Source of the DNA: Eledone cirrhosa
Lineage: Eukaryota
Length of the DNA: 64,000 nucleotides
Direction of reading: 5' to 3'
Assembly: GCA_964016885.1 (NCBI GenBank)
Contig: OZ024741.1
Coordinates: 186,062,001 to 186,126,000, forward strand
Shown here: piece after piece, positions 1-15,000 of the stretch
Position numbering within the stretch: position 1 is the first letter of the stretch
Layout of the letters: each line of letters opens with the position of its first letter
Notes under the pieces: generated by a model
What the model was told of the DNA's origin: nothing
The model's input: the letters and a program-made list of their open reading frames with translations, nothing else
The model's database searches: none
Program-made: the position numbers and the translations under genes

Positions 1-3000
1 TAATGCTAGTGTTGTTTGTTTTTTGTTTGTTGGAGGTAATGCTAGTGCTCTTTGTTATTTCGTGTTGTAGGTATTGCCTTGTTGTTTGTTATTTTGTGTT
101 GGAGGTATTGCCTTGTTGTTTGTTATTTTGTGTTGGAGGCAATGCAAGTGTTGTTTGTTATTTTATGTTAGAGGTAATGCTAGTGTTGTTTGTTATTTTA
201 TGTTGGAGGTAATGCTAGTGTTGTTAGTTATTTTATGTTGGAGGTAATGCTAGTGGTGTTTGTTATTTTATTTTGGAGGTAATGCTAGTGTTGTTTGTTA
301 TTTTATGTTGGAGGTATTCCCTTGCTGTATGTTATTTCTTGTTGGAGGTAATGTTAGTGTTGTTTGTTATTTTATGTTGGAGGTAATGCTAGTGTTGTTT
401 GTTATTTTTTGTTGTAGGTATTGCTAGTGTTGTTTGTTATTTTATGTTGGAGGTATTGCCTTGTTGTTTGTTATTTTGTGTTGGAGGTATTCCCTTGTTG
501 TTTGTTATTTCGTGTTGGAGGTAATGTTAGTGTTGTTTCTTATTTTATGTTGGAGGTATTGCCTTGTTGTTTGTTATTTCGTGTTTGAAGTAATGCTAGT
601 GTTGTTTGTTATTTTTTGTTGTAGGTATTGCCTTGTTGTTTGTTATTTTATGTTGGAGGTAATGCTAGTGTTGTTTGTTATTTTATGTTGGAGGTAATGC
701 TAGTGTTGTTTTTTATTTTATGTTGGAGGTAATGCTAGTGTTGTTTGTTATTTTATGTTGGAGGTAATGTTAGTGTTGTTTGTTATTTTATGTTGGAGGT
801 AATGCTAGTGTTGTTTGTTATTTTATGTTGGGGGTAATGCTATGTTGTTTGTTATTTTATGTTGGGTGTAATGCTAGTATTGTTTGTTATTATATGTTGG
901 AGGTAATGCTAGTGTTGTTTGTTATTTTATGTTGGAGGTAATGCTAGTATTGTTTGTTATTTTATGTTGGAGGTAATGCTAGTTTTGTTTGTTATTTTAT
1001 GTTGGAGGTAATGCTAGTGTTGTTTGTTATTTTATGTTGCAGGTAATGCTACTGTTGTTTGTTATTTTATGTTGGGGGTAATGCTAGTGTTGCTGGTTAT
1101 TTTATGTTGGATGTAATGCTAGTGTTTTTTGTTATTTTATGTTGGAGGTAATGCTAGTGTTGTTTGTTATTTTATGTTGGAGGTATTGCTAGTGTTGTTT
1201 GTTATTTTATGTTGGAGGTAATGCTATGTTGTTTGTTATTTTATGTTGGAGGTAATGCTAGTGTTGTTTGTTATTTTATGTTGGAGGTAATGCTAGTGTT
1301 GTTTGTTATTTTATGTTGGGGGTAATGCTAGTGTTGTTTGTTATTTTATGTTGGAGGTAATGCTAGTGTTGTTTGTTATTTTATGTTGGAGGTAATGCTA
1401 GTGTTGTTTGTTATTTTGTGTTGGAGGTAATGCTAGTGTTGTTTGTTATTTTATGTTGGAGGTAATGCTAGTGTTGTTTGTTATTTTTTGTTGTAGGTAT
1501 TGCTAGTGTTGTTTGTTATTTTATGTTGGAGGTATTGCGTTGTTGTTTGTTATTTCGTGTTGTAGGTATTGCCTTGTTGTTTGTTATTTTGTGTTGGAGG
1601 TATTGCCTTGTTGTTTGTTATTTTGTGTTGGAGGCAATGCAAGTGTTGTTTGTTATTTTATGTTAGAGGTAATGCTAGTGTTGTTTGTTATTTTATGTTG
1701 GAGGTAATGCTAGTGTTGTTAGTTATTTTATGTTGGAGGTAATGCTAGTGGTGTTTGTTATTTTATTTTGGAGGTAATGCTAGTGTTGTTTGTTATTTTA
1801 TGTTGGAGGTATTCCCTTGCTGTTTGTTATTTCGTGTTGGAGGTAATGTTAGTGTTGTTTGTTATTTTATGTTGGAGGTAATGCTAGTGTTGTTTGTTAT
1901 TTTTTGTTGTAGGTATTGCTAGTGTTGTTTGTTATTTTATGTTGGAGGTATTGCCTTGTTGTTTGTTATTTTGTGTTGGAGGTATTCCCTTCTTGTTTGT
2001 TATTTCGTGTTGGAGGTAATGTTAGTGTTGTTTCTTATTTTATGTTGGAGGTATTGCCTTGTTGTTTGTTATTTCGTGTTTGAAGTAATGCTAGTGTTGT
2101 TTGTTATTTTTTGTTGTAGGTCTTGCCTTGTTGTTTGTTATTTTATGTTGGAGGTAATGCTAGTGTTGTTTGTTATTTTATGTTGGAGGTAATGCTAGTG
2201 TTGTTTTTTATTTTATGTTGGAGGTAATGCTAGTGTTGTTTGTTATTTTATGTTGGAGGTAATGTTAGTGTTGTTTGTTATTTTATGTTGGAGGTAATGC
2301 TAGTGTTGTTTGTTATTTTATGTTGGGGGTAATGCTATGTTGTTTGTTATTTTATGTTGGGTGTAATGCTAGTATTGTTTGTTATTATATGTTGGAGGTA
2401 ATGCTAGTGTTGTTTGTTATTTTTTGTTGGAGGTAATGCTAGTGTTGTTTGTTATTTTTTGTTGTAGGTATTGCCTTGTGGTTTGTTATCTTGTGTTGTA
2501 GGTAATGCTAGTGTTGTTTGTTATTTTATGTTGGAGGTAATGCTAGTGTTGTTTGTTATTTTATGTTGGAGGTAATGCTAGTGTTGTTTGTTATCTTATG
2601 TTGGAGTTAATGCTAGTGTTGTTTGTTATTTTTTGTTGTAGGTATTGCCTTGTTGTTTGTTATCTTGTGTTGTAGGTAATGCTAGTGTTGTTTGTTATTT
2701 TATGTTGGAGGTAATGCTAGTGTTGTTTGTTATTTTACGTTGGAGGTAATGCTAGTGTTGTTTGTTATTTTATGTTGGAGGTATTGCCTTGTTGTTTGTT
2801 ATTTTGTGTTGGAGGTAATGTTAGTGTTGTTTGTTATTTTATGTTGGAGGTATTGCCTTGTTGTTTGTTATTTTGTGTTGGAGGTAATGTTAGTGTTGTT
2901 TGTTATTTTATGTTGGAGGTAATGCTAGTGTTGTTTGTTATTTTATGTTGGAGGTAATGCTAGTGTTGTTTGTTATTTTATGTTGGAGGTAATGCTAGTG

Positions 3001-6000
3001 TTGTTTGTTATTTTATGTTGGAGGTAATGCTAGTGTTGTTTGTTATTTTGTGTTTGAGGTAATGTTAGTGTTGTTTGTTATTTTAAGTTGGAGGTAATGC
3101 TAGTGTTGTTTGTTTTTTGTTTGTTGGAGGTAATGCTAGTGTTGTTTGTTATTTCGTGTTGTAGGTATTGCATTGTTGTTTGTTATTTTGTGTTGGAGGC
3201 AATGCTAGTGTTGTTTGTTATTTTATGTTGGAGGTATTGCCTTGTTGTCTGTTATTTTATGTTGGAGGTAATGCTAGTGTTGTTTGTTATTTTGTGTTGG
3301 AGGTAATTCTAGTGTTGTTTGTTATTTTTTGTTGTAGGTATTGCCTTGTTGTTTGTTATCTTGTGTTGTAGGTAATGCTAGTGTTGTTTGTTATTTTATG
3401 TTGGAGGTAATGCTAGTGTTGTTTGTTATTTTATGTTGGAGGTATTACCTTGTTGTCTGTTATTTTGTGTTGGAGGTAATGTTAGTGTTGTTTGTTATTT
3501 TATGTTGGAGGTAATGCTAGTGTTGTTTGTTATTTTATGTTGGAGGTAATGCTAGTGTTGTTTGTTATTTTATGTTGGAGGTAATGCTACTGTTGTTTAT
3601 TGTTATGTTGGCGGTAATGCTAGTGTTGTTTGTTATTTTATGTTGGAGGTAATGCTATGTTGTTTGTTATTTCATGTTGGAGGTAATGCTAGTGTTGTTT
3701 GTTATTTTATGTTGGAGGTAATGCTAGTGTTGTTTGTTATTTTATGTTGGAGGTAATGCTATGTTGTTTGTTATTTTATGTTGGAGGTATTCCCTTGTTG
3801 CTTGTTATTTCGTGTTGGAGGTAATGTTAGTGTTGTTTGTTATTTTATGTTGGAGGTGTTGTTTGTTGTTGCCAGTGTTGTTGCCAGTGTTGTTTGTTGT
3901 TTTTTGTTGTAGGTATTCCCTTGTAGTTTGTTATTTTATGTTGGAGGTAATGCTAGTGTTGTTTGTTATTTTATGTTGGAGGTAATGCTAGTGTTGTTTG
4001 TTATTTTATGTTGGAGGTAATGCTAGTGTTGTTTGTTATTTTGTGTTGGAGGTATTGCCTTGTTGTTTGTTATTTTGTGTTGGAGGTAATGCTAGTGTTG
4101 TTTGTTATTTTGTGTTGGAGGTATTGCCTTGTTGTTTGTTATTTTGTGTTGGAGGTAATGTTAGTGTTGTTTGTTATTTTATGTTGGAGGTATTGCCTTG
4201 TTGTTTGTTATTTTGTGTTGGAGGTAATGTTAGTGTTGTTTGTTATTTTGTGGTGGAGGTAATGCCTTGTTGTTTGTTATTTTGTGTTGGAAGTAATGTT
4301 AGTGTTGTTTGTTATTTTGTCGTGGAGGTAATGTTAGTGTTGTTTGTTATTTTGTGTTGGAGGTAATGCTAGTGTTGTTTGTTATTTTATGTTGGAGGTA
4401 ATGCTAGTGTTGTTTTTTATTTTGTGTTGGAGGTAATGATAGTGTTGTTTGTTATTTTATGTTGGAGGTAATGTTAGTGTTGTTTGTTATTTTGTGTTGG
4501 AGGTAATGATAGTGTTGTTTGTTATTTTATGTTGGAGGTAATGCTAGTGTTGTTTGTTATTTTGTGTTGGAGGTAATGTTAGTGTTGTTTGTTATTTTAT
4601 ATTGGAGGTAATGCTAGAGTTGTTTGTTATTTTATGTTGGAGGTAATGCTAGTGTTGTTTTTTATTTTGTTTTGGAGGTAATGCCTTGTTGTTTGTTATT
4701 TTTTGTTTGCGGTAATGTTAGTGTTGTTTGTTATTTTGTGTTGTAGGTAATGCTAGTGTTGTTTGTTATTTTGTGTTGGAGGTAATGCTAGTGTTGTTTG
4801 TTGTTTTGTGTTGTAGGTAATGCTAGTGTTGTTTGTTATTTTGCGTTGGAGGTAATGTTAGTGTTGTTTGTTATTTTATGTTGGAGGTATTGCCTTGTTG
4901 TTTGTTATTTTGTGTTGGAGGTAATGTTAGTGTTGTTTGTTATTTTATGTTGGAGGTATTGCCTTGTTGTTTGTTATTTTGTGTTGGAGGTAATGTTAGT
5001 GTTGTTTGTTATTTTATGTTGGAGGTAATGCTAGTGTTGTTTGTTATTTTATGTTGGAGGTAATGCTAGTGTTGTTTGTTATTTTATGTTGGAGGTAATG
5101 CTAGTGTTGTTTGTTATTTTATGTTAGAGGTAATGCTAGTGTTGTTTGTTATTTTGTGTTTGAGGTAATGTTAGTGTTGTTTGTTATTTTAAGTTGGAGG
5201 TAATGCTAGTGTTGTTTGTTTTTTGTTTGTTGGAGGTAATGCTAGTGTTGTTTGTTATTTCGTGTTGTAGGTATTGCATTGTTGTTTGTTATTTTGTGTT
5301 GGAGGCAATGCTAGTGTTGTTTGTTATTTTATGTTGGAGGTATTGCCTTGTTGTCTGTTATTTTATGTTGGCGGTAATGCTAGTGTTGTTTGTTATTTTG
5401 TGTTGGAGGTAATGCTAGTGTTGTTTGTTATTTTTTGTTGTAGGTATTGCCTTGTTGTTTGTTATCTTGTGTTGTAGGTAATGCTAGTGTTGTTTGTTAT
5501 TTTATGTTGGAGGTAATGCTAGTGTTGTTTGTTATTTTATGTTGGAGGTATTACCTTGTTGTCTGTTATTTTGTGTTGAAGGTAATGTTAGTGTTGTTTG
5601 TTATTTTATGTTGGAGGTAATGCTAGTGTTGTTTGTTATTTTATGTTGGAGGTAATGCTAGTGTTGTTTGTTATTTTATGTTGGAGGTATTGCCTTGTTG
5701 TTTGTTATTTTGTGTTGGAGGTAATGCTAGTGTTGTTTGTTATTTTGTATTGGAGGTATTGCCTTGTTGTTTGTTATTTTGTGTTGGAGGTAATGTTAGT
5801 GTTGTTTGTTATTTTATGTTGGAGGTATTGCCTTGTTGTTTGTTATTTTGTGTTGGAGGTAATGTTAGTGTTGTTTGTTATTTTGTGGTGGAGGTAATGC
5901 CTTGTTGTTTGTTATTTTGTGTTGGAAGTAATGTTAGTGTTGTTTGTTATTTTGTCGTGGAGGTAATGTTAGTGTTGTTTGTTATTTTGTGTTGGAGGTA

Positions 6001-9000
6001 ATGCTAGTGTTGTTTGTCATTTTATGTTGGAGGTAATGCTAGTGTTGTTTTTTATTTTGTGTTGGAGGTAATGTTACTGTTGTTTGTTATTTTATATTGG
6101 AGGTAATGCTAGAGTTGTTTGTTATTTTATGTTGGAGGTAATGCTAGTGTTGTTTTTTATTTTGTTTTGGAGGTAATGCCTTGTTGTTTGTTATTTTTTG
6201 TTTGCGGTAATGTTAGTGTTGTTTGTTATTTTGTGTTGTAGGTAATGCTAGTGTTGTTTGTTATTTTGTGTTGGAGGTAATGCTAGTGTTGTTTGTTGTT
6301 TTGTGTTGTAGGTAATGCTAGTGTTGCTGGTTATTTTATGTTGGATGTAATGCTAGTGTTTTTTGTTATTTTATGTTGGAGGTAATGCTAGTGTTGTTTG
6401 TTATTTTATGTTGGAGGTATTGCTAGTGTTGTTTGTTATTTTATGTTGGAGGTAATGCTATGTTGTTTGTTATTTTATGTTGGAGGTAATGCTAGTGTTG
6501 TTTGTTATTTTATGTTGGAGGTAATGCTAGTGTTGTTTGTTATTTTATGTTGGGGGTAATGCTAGTGTTGTTTGTTATTTTATGTTGGAGGTAATGCTTG
6601 TGTTGTTTGTTATTTTATGTTGGAGGTATTCCCTTGCTGTTTGTTATTTCGTGTTGGAGGTAATGTTAGTGTTGTTTGTTATTTTATGTTGGAGGTAATG
6701 CTAGTGTTGTTTGTTATTTTTTGTTGTAGGTATTGCTAGTGTTGTTTGTTATTTTATGTTGGAGGTATTGCCTTGTTGTTTGTTATTTTGTGTTGGAGGT
6801 ATTCGCTTGTTGTTTGTTATTTCGTGTTGGAGGTAATGTTAGTGTTGTTTCTTATTTTATGTTGGAGGTATTGCCTTGTTGTTTGTTATTTCGTGTTTGA
6901 AGTAATGCTAGTGTTGTTTGTTATTTTTTGTTGTAGGTCTTGCCTTGTTGTTTGTTATTTTATGTTGGAGGTAATGCTAGTGTTGTTTGTTATTTTATGT
7001 TGGAGGTAATGCTAGTGTTGTTTTTTATTTTATGTTGGAGGTAATGCTAGTGTTGTTTGTTATTTTATGTTGGAGGTAATGTTAGTGTTGTTTGTTATTT
7101 TATGTTGGAGGTAATGCTAGTGTTGTTTGTTATTTTATGTTGGGGGTAATGCTATGTTGTTTGTTATTTTATGTTGGGTGTAATGCTAGTATTGTTTGTT
7201 ATTATATGTTGGAGGTAATGCTAGTGTTGTTTGTTATTTTATGTTGGAGGTAATGCTAGTGTTGTTTGTTATTTTTTGTTGTAGGTATTGCCTTGTTGTT
7301 TGTTATCTTGTGTTGTAGGTAATGCTAGTGTTGTTTGTTATTTTATGTTGGAGGTAATGCTAGTGTTGTTTGTTATTTTATGTTGGAGGTAATGCTAGTG
7401 TTGTTTGTTATTTTATGTTGGAGTTAATGCTAGTGTTGTTTGTTATTTTTTGTTGTAGGTATTGCCTTGTTGTTTGTTATCTTGTGTTGTAGGTAATGCT
7501 AGTGTTGTTTGTTATTTTATGTTGGAGGTAATGCTAGTGTTGTTTGTTATTTTATGTTGGAGGTAATGCTAGTGTTGTTTGTTATTTTATGTTGGAGGTA
7601 TTGCCTTGTTGTTTGTTATTTTGTGTTGGAGGTAATGTTAGTGTTGTTTGTTATTTTATGTTGGAGGTATTGCCTTGTTGTTTGTTATTTTGTGTTGGAG
7701 GTAATGTTAGTGTTGTTTGTTATTTTATGTTGGAGGTAATGCTAGTGTTGTTTGTTATTTTATGTTGGAGGTAATGCTAGTGTTGTTTGTTATTTTATGT
7801 TGGAGGTAATGCTAGTGTTGTTTGTTATTTTATGTTGGAGGTAATGCTAGTGTTGTTTGTTATTTTGTGTTTGAGGTAATGTTAGTGTTGTTTGTTATTT
7901 TAAGTTGGAGGTAATGCTAGTGTTGTTTCTTTTTTGTTTGTTGGAGGTAATGCTAGTGTTGTTTGTTATTTCGTGTTGTAGGTATTGCATTGTTGTTTGT
8001 TATTTTGTGTTGGAGGCAATGCTAGTGTTGTTTGTTATTTTATGTTGGAGGTATTGCCTTGTTGTCTGTTATTTTATGTTGGAGGTAATGCTAGTGTTGT
8101 TTGTTATATTGTGTTGGAGGTAATTCTAGTGTTGTTTGTTATTTTTTGTTGTAGGTATTGCCTTGTTGTTTGTTATCTTGTGTTGTAGGTAATGCTAGTG
8201 TTGTTTGTTATTTTATGTTGGAGGTAATGCTAGTGTTGTTTGTTATTTTATGTTGGAGGTATTACCTTGTTGTCTGTTATTTTGTGTTGGAGGTAATGTT
8301 AGTGTTGTTTGTTATTTTATGTTGGAGGTAATGCTAGTGTTGTTTGTTATTTTATGTTGGAGGTAATGCTAGTGTTGTTTGTTATTTTATGTTGGAGGTA
8401 ATGCTACTGTTGTTTATTGTTATGTTGGCGGTAATGCTAGTGTTGTTTGTTATTTTATGTTGGAGGTAATGCTATGTTGTTTGTTATTTCATGTTGGAGG
8501 TAATGCTAGTGTTGTTTGTTATTTTATGTTGGAGGTAATGCTAGTGTTGTTTGTTATTTTATGTTGGAGGTAATGCTATGTTGTTTGTTATTTTATGTTG
8601 GAGGTATTCCCTTGTTGCTTGTTATTTCGTGTTGGAGGTAATGTTAGTGTTGTTTGTTATTTTATGTTGGAGGTGTTGTTTGTTGTTGCCAGTGTTGTTG
8701 CCAGTGTTGTTTGTTATTTTGTGTTGGAGGTATTGCCTTGTTGTTTGTTATTTTGTGTTGGAGGTAATGCTAGTGTTGTTTGTTATTTTGTGTTGGAGGT
8801 ATTGCCTTGTTGTTTGTTATTTTGTGTTGGAGGTAATGTTAGTGTTGTTTGTTATTTTATGTTGGAGGTATTGCCTTGTTGTTTGTTATTTTGTGTTGGA
8901 GGTAATGTTAGTGTTGTTTGTTATTTTGTGGTGGAGGTAATGCCTTGTTGTTTGTTATTTTGTGTTGGAAGTAATGTTAGTGTTGTTTGTTATTTTGTCG

Positions 9001-12000
9001 TGGAGGTAATGTTAGTGTTGTTTGTTATTTTGTGTTGGAGGTAATGCTAGTGTTGTTTGTTATTTTTTGTTGTAGGTATTGCCTTGTTGTTTGTTATCTT
9101 GTGTTGTAGGTAATGCTAGTGTTGTTTGTTATTTTATGTTGGAGGTAATGCTAGTGTTGTTTGTTATTTTATGTTGGAGGTATTACCTTGTTGTCTGTTA
9201 TTTTGTGTTGAAGGTAATGTTAGTGTTGTTTGTTATTTTATGTTGGAGGTAATGCTAGTGTTGTTTGTTATTTTATGTTGGAGGTAATGCTAGTGTTGTT
9301 TGTTATTTTATGTTGGAGGTATTGCCTTGTTGTTTGTTATTTTGTGTTGGAGGTAATGCTAGTGTTGTTTGTTATTTTGTGTTGGAGGTATTGCCTTGTT
9401 GTTTGTTATTTTGTGTTGGAGGTAATGTTAGTGTTGTTTGTTATTTTATGTTGGAGGTATTGCCTTGTTGTTTGTTATTTTGTGTTGGAGGTAATGTTAG
9501 TGTTGTTTGTTATTTTGTGGTGGAGGTAATGCCTTGTTGTTTGTTATTTTGTGTTGGAAGTAATGTTAGTGTTGTTTGTTATTTTGTCGTGGAGGTAATG
9601 TTAGTGTTGTTTGTTATTTTGTGTTGGAGGTAATGCTAGTGTTGTTTGTCATTATATGTTGGAGGTAATGCTAGTGGTGTTTGTTATTTTATTTTGGAGG
9701 TAATGCTAGTGTTGTTTGTTATTTTATGTTGGAGGTATTCCCTTGCTGTTTGTTATTTCGTGTTGGAGGTAATGTTAGTGTTGTTTGTTATTTTTTGTTG
9801 TAGGTATTGCTAGTGTTGTTTGTTATTTTATGTTGGAGGTATTGCCTTGTTGTTTGTTATTTTGTGTTGGAGGTATTCCCTTGTTGTTTGTTATTTCGTG
9901 TTGGAGGTAATGTTAGTGTTGTTTCTTATTTTATGTTGGAGGTATTGCCTTGTTGTTTGTTATTTCGTGTTTGAAGTAATGCTAGTGTTGTTTGTTATTT
10001 TTTGTTGTAGGTATTGCCTTGTTGTTTGTTATTTTATGTTGGAGGTAATGCTAGTGTTGTTTGTTATTTTATGTTGGAGGTAATGCTAGTGTTGTTTTTT
10101 ATTTTATGTTGGAGGTAATGCTAGTGTTGTTTGTTATTTTATGTTGGAGGTAATGTTAGTGTTGTTTGTTATTTTATGTTGGAGGTAATGCTAGTGTTGT
10201 TTGTTATTTTATGTTGGGGGTAATGCTATGTTGTTTGTTATTTTATGTTGGGTGTAATGCTAGTATTGTTTGTTATTATATGTTGGAGGTAATGCTAGTG
10301 TTGTTTGTTATTTTATGTTGGAGGTAATGCTAGTATTGTTTGTTATTTTATGTTGGAGGTAATGCTAGTTTTGTTTGTTATTTTATGTTGGAGGTAATGC
10401 TAGTGTTGTTTGTTATTTTATGTTGCAGGTAATGCTACTGTTGTTTGTTATTTTATGTTGGGGGTAATGCTAGTGTTGCTGGTTATTTTATGTTGGATGT
10501 AATGCTAGTGTTTTTTGTTATTTTATGTTGGAGGTAATGCTAGTGTTGTTTGTTATTTTATGTTGGAGGTATTGCTAGTGTTGTTTGTTATTTTATGTTG
10601 GAGGTAATGCTATGTTGTTTGTTATTTTATGTTGGAGGTAATGCTAGTATTGTTTGTTATTTTATGTTGGAGGTAATGCTAGTGTTGTTTGTTATTTTAT
10701 GTTGGGGGTAATGCTAGTGTTGTTTGTTATTTTATGTTGGAGGTAATGCTAGAGTTGTTTGTTATTTTATGTTGGAGGTAATGCTAGTGTTGTTTTTTAT
10801 TTTGTTTTGGAGGTAATGCCTTGTTGTTTGTTATTTTTTGTTTGCGGTAATGTTAGTGTTGTTTGTTATTTTGTGTTGTAGGTAATGCTAGTGTTGTTTG
10901 TTATTTTGTGTTGGAGGTAATGCTAGTGTTGTTTGTTGTTTTGTGTTGTAGGTAATGCTAGTGTTGTTTGTTATTTTATATTGGAGGTAATGCTAGAGTT
11001 GTTTGTTATTTTATGTTGGAGGTAATGCTAGTGTTGTTTTTTATTTTGTTTTAGAGGTAATGCCTTGTTGTTTGTTATTTTTTGTTTGCGGTAATGTTAG
11101 TGTTGTTTGTTATTTTGTGTTGTAGGTAATGCTAGTGTTGTTTGTTATTTTGTGTTGGAGGTAATGCTAGTGTTGTTTGTTGCTTTGTGTTGTAGGTAAT
11201 GCTAGTGTTGTTTGTTATTTTGCGTTGGAGGTAATGTTAGTGTTGTTTGTTATTTTATGTTGGAGGTAATGCCTTGTTGTTTGTTATTTTGTGTTGGAGG
11301 TAATGCTATGTTGTTTGTCATTTTGTGTTGGAGGTAATGCTAGTGTTGTTTGTTTTTTGTTTGTTGGAGGTAATGCTAGTGTTGTTTGTTATTTTATGTT
11401 GGAGGTAATGCTATGTTGTTTGTTATTTTGTGTTGGAGGTAATGCTAGTGTTGTTTGTTATTTTGTGTTAGAGGTAATGCTAGTATTGTTTGTTATTTTG
11501 TGCTGAAGGTAATGTTAGTGTTGTTTGTTATTTTATTCTGGAGGTAATGCTAGTATTGTTTGTTATTTTGTGTTGGAGGTAATGTTAGTGTTGTTTGTTA
11601 TTTTATGTTGGAGGTATTGCGTTGTTGTTTGTTATTTTGTGTTGGAGGTAATGTTAGTGTTGTTTGTTATTTTATGTTGTAGGTATTGCCTTGTTGTTTG
11701 TTATTTTATGTTGGAGGTAATGCTAGTATTGTTTGTTATTATATGTTGGAGGTAATGCTAGTGTTGTTTGTTATTTTATGTTGGAGGTAATGCTAGTATT
11801 GTTTGTTATTTTATGTTGGAGGTAATGCTAGTTTTGTTTGTTATTTTATGTTGGAGGTAATGCTAGTGTTGTTTGTTATTTTATGTTGCAGGTAATGCTA
11901 CTGTTGTTTGTTATTTTATGTTGGGGGTAATGCTAGTGTTGCTGGTTATTTTATGTTGGATGTAATGCTAGTGTTTTTTGTTATTTTATGTTGGAGGTAA

Positions 12001-15000
12001 TGCTAGTGTTGTTTGTTATTTTATGTTGGAGGTATTGCTAGTGTTGTTTGTTATTTTATGTTGGAGGTAATGCTATGTTGTTTGTTATTTTATGTTGGAG
12101 GTAATGCTAGTGTTGTTTGTTATTTTATGTTGGAGGTAATGCTAGTGTTGTTTGTTATTTTATGTTGGGGGTAATGCTAGTGTTGTTTGTTATTTTATGT
12201 TGGAGGTAATGCTAGTGTTGTTTGTTATTTTATGTTGGAGGTAATGCTAGTGTTGTTTGTTATTTTGTGTTGGAGGTAATGCTAGTGTTGTTTGTTATTT
12301 TATGTTGGAGGTAATGCTAGTGTTGTTTGTTATTTTTTGTTGTAGGTATTGCTAGTGTTGTTTGTTATTTTATGTTGGAGGTATTGCGTTGTTGTTTGTT
12401 ATTTCGTGTTGTAGGTATTGCCTTGTTGTTTGTTATTTTGTGTTGGAGGTATTGCCTTGTTGTTTGTTATTTTGTGTTGGAGGCAATGCAAGTGTTGTTT
12501 GTTATTTTATGTTAGAGGTAATGCTAGTGTTGTTTGTTATTTTATGTTGGAGGTAATGCTAGTGTTGTTAGTTATTTTATGTTGGAGGTAATGCTAGTGG
12601 TGTTTGTTATTTTATTTTGGAGGTAATGCTAGTGTTGTTTGTTATTTTATGTTGGAGGTATTCCCTTGCTGTTTGTTATTTCGTGTTGGAGGTAATGTTA
12701 GTGTTGTTTGTTATTTTTTGTTGTAGGTATTGCTAGTGTTGTTTGTTATTTTATGTTGGAGGTATTGCCTTGTTGTTTGTTATTTTGTGTTGGAGGTATT
12801 CCCTTGTTGTTTGTTATTTCGTGTTGGAGGTAATGTTAGTGTTGTTTCTTATTTTATGTTGGAGGTATTGCCTTGTTGTTTGTTATTTCGTGTTTGAAGT
12901 AATGCTAGTGTTGTTTGTTATTTTTTGTTGTAGGTATTGCCTTGTTGTTTGTTATTTTATGTTGGAGGTAATGCTAGTGTTGTTTGTTATTTTATGTTGG
13001 AGGTAATGCTAGTGTTGTTTTTTATTTTATGTTGGAGGTAATGCTAGTGTTGTTTGTTATTTTATGTTGGAGGTAATGTTAGTGTTGTTTGTTATTTTAT
13101 GTTGGAGGTAATGCTAGTGTTGTTTGTTATTTTATGTTGGGGGTAATGCTATGTTGTTTGTTATTTTATGTTGGGTGTAATGCTAGTATTGTTTGTTATT
13201 ATATGTTGGAGGTAATGCTAGTGTTGTTTGTTATTTTATGTTGGAGGTAATGCTAGTATTGTTTGTTATTTTATGTTGGAGGTAATGCTAGTTTTGTTTG
13301 TTATTTTATGTTGGAGGTAATGCTAGTGTTGTTTGTTATTTTATGTTGCAGGTAATGCTACTGTTGTTTGTTATTTTATGTTGGGGGTAATGCTAGTGTT
13401 GCTGGTTATTTTATGTTGGATGTAATGCTAGTGTTTTTTGTTATTTTATGTTGGAGGTAATGCTAGTGTTGTTTGTTATTTTATGTTGGAGGTATTGCTA
13501 GTGTTGTTTGTTATTTTATGTTGGAGGTAATGCTATGTTGTTTGTTATTTTATGTTGGAGGTAATGCTAGTATTGTTTGTTATTTTATGTTGGAGGTAAT
13601 GCTAGTGTTGTTTGTTATTTTATGTTGGGGGTAATGCTAGTGTTGTTTGTTATTTTATGTTGGAGGTAATGCTAGTGTTGTTTGTTATTTTATGTTGGAG
13701 GTAATGCTAGTGTTGTTTGTTATTTTGTGTTGGAGGTAATGCTAGTGTTGTTTGTTATTTTATGTTGGAGGTAATGCTAGTGTTGTTTGTTATTTTTTGT
13801 TGTAGGTATTGCTAGTGTTGTTTGTTATTTTATGTTGGAGGTATTGCGTTGTTGTTTGTTATTTTGTGTTGGAGGTATTCCCTTGTTGTTTGTTATTTCG
13901 TGTTGGAGGTAATGTTAGTGTTGTTTCTTATTTTATGTTGGAGGTATTGCCTTGTTGTTTGTTATTTCGTGTTTGAGGTAATGCTAGTGTTGTTTGTTAT
14001 TTTTTGTTGTAGGTATTGCCTTGCTGTTTGTTATTTTATGTTGGAGGTAATGCTAGTGTTGTTTGTTATTTTATGTTGGAGGTAATGCTAGTGTTGTTTG
14101 TTATTTTATGTTGGAGGTAATGCTAGTGTTGTTTGTTATTTTATGTTGGAGGTAATGTTAGTGTTGTTTGTTATTTTATGTTGGAGGTAATGCTAGTGTT
14201 GTTTGTTATTTTATGTTGGGGGTAATGCTATGTTGTTTGTTATTTTATGTTGGGTGTAATGCTAGTATTGTTTGTTATTATATGTTGGAGGTAATGCTAG
14301 TGTTGTTTGTTATTTTATGTTGGAGGTAATGCTAGTGTTGTTTGTTATTTTATGTTGGAGGTAATGCTAGTGTTGATTGTTATTTTATGTTGGAGGTAAT
14401 GCTAGTGTTGTTTGTTATTTTATGTTGGAGGTAATGCTAGTGTTGTTTGTTATTTTTTGTTGTAGGTATTGCCTTGTTGTTTGTTATCTTGTGTTGTAGG
14501 TAATGCTAGTGTTGTTTGTTATTTTATGTTGGAGGTAATGCTAGTGTTGTTTGTTATTTTATGTTGGAGGTAATGTTAGTGTTGTTTGTTATTTTATGTT
14601 GGAGTTAATGCTAGTGTTGTTTGTTATTTTTTGTTGTAGGTATTGCCTTGTTGTTTGTTATCTTGTGTTGTAGGTAATGCTAGTGTTGTTTGTTATTTTA
14701 TGTTGGAGGTAATGCTAGTGTTGTTTGTTATTTTATGTTGGAGGTAATGCTAGTGTTGTTTGTTATTTTATGTTGGAGGTAATGTTAGTGTTGTTTGTTA
14801 TTTTATGTTGGAGGTAATGCTAGTGTTGTTTGTTATTTTATGTTGGGGGTAATGCTATGTTGTTTGTTATTTTATGTTGGGTGTAATGCTAGTATTGTTT
14901 GTTATTATATGTTGGAGGTAATGCTAGTGTTGTTTGTTATTTTATGTTGGAGGTAATGCTAGTGTTGTTTGTTATTTTATGTTGGAGGTAATGCTAGTGT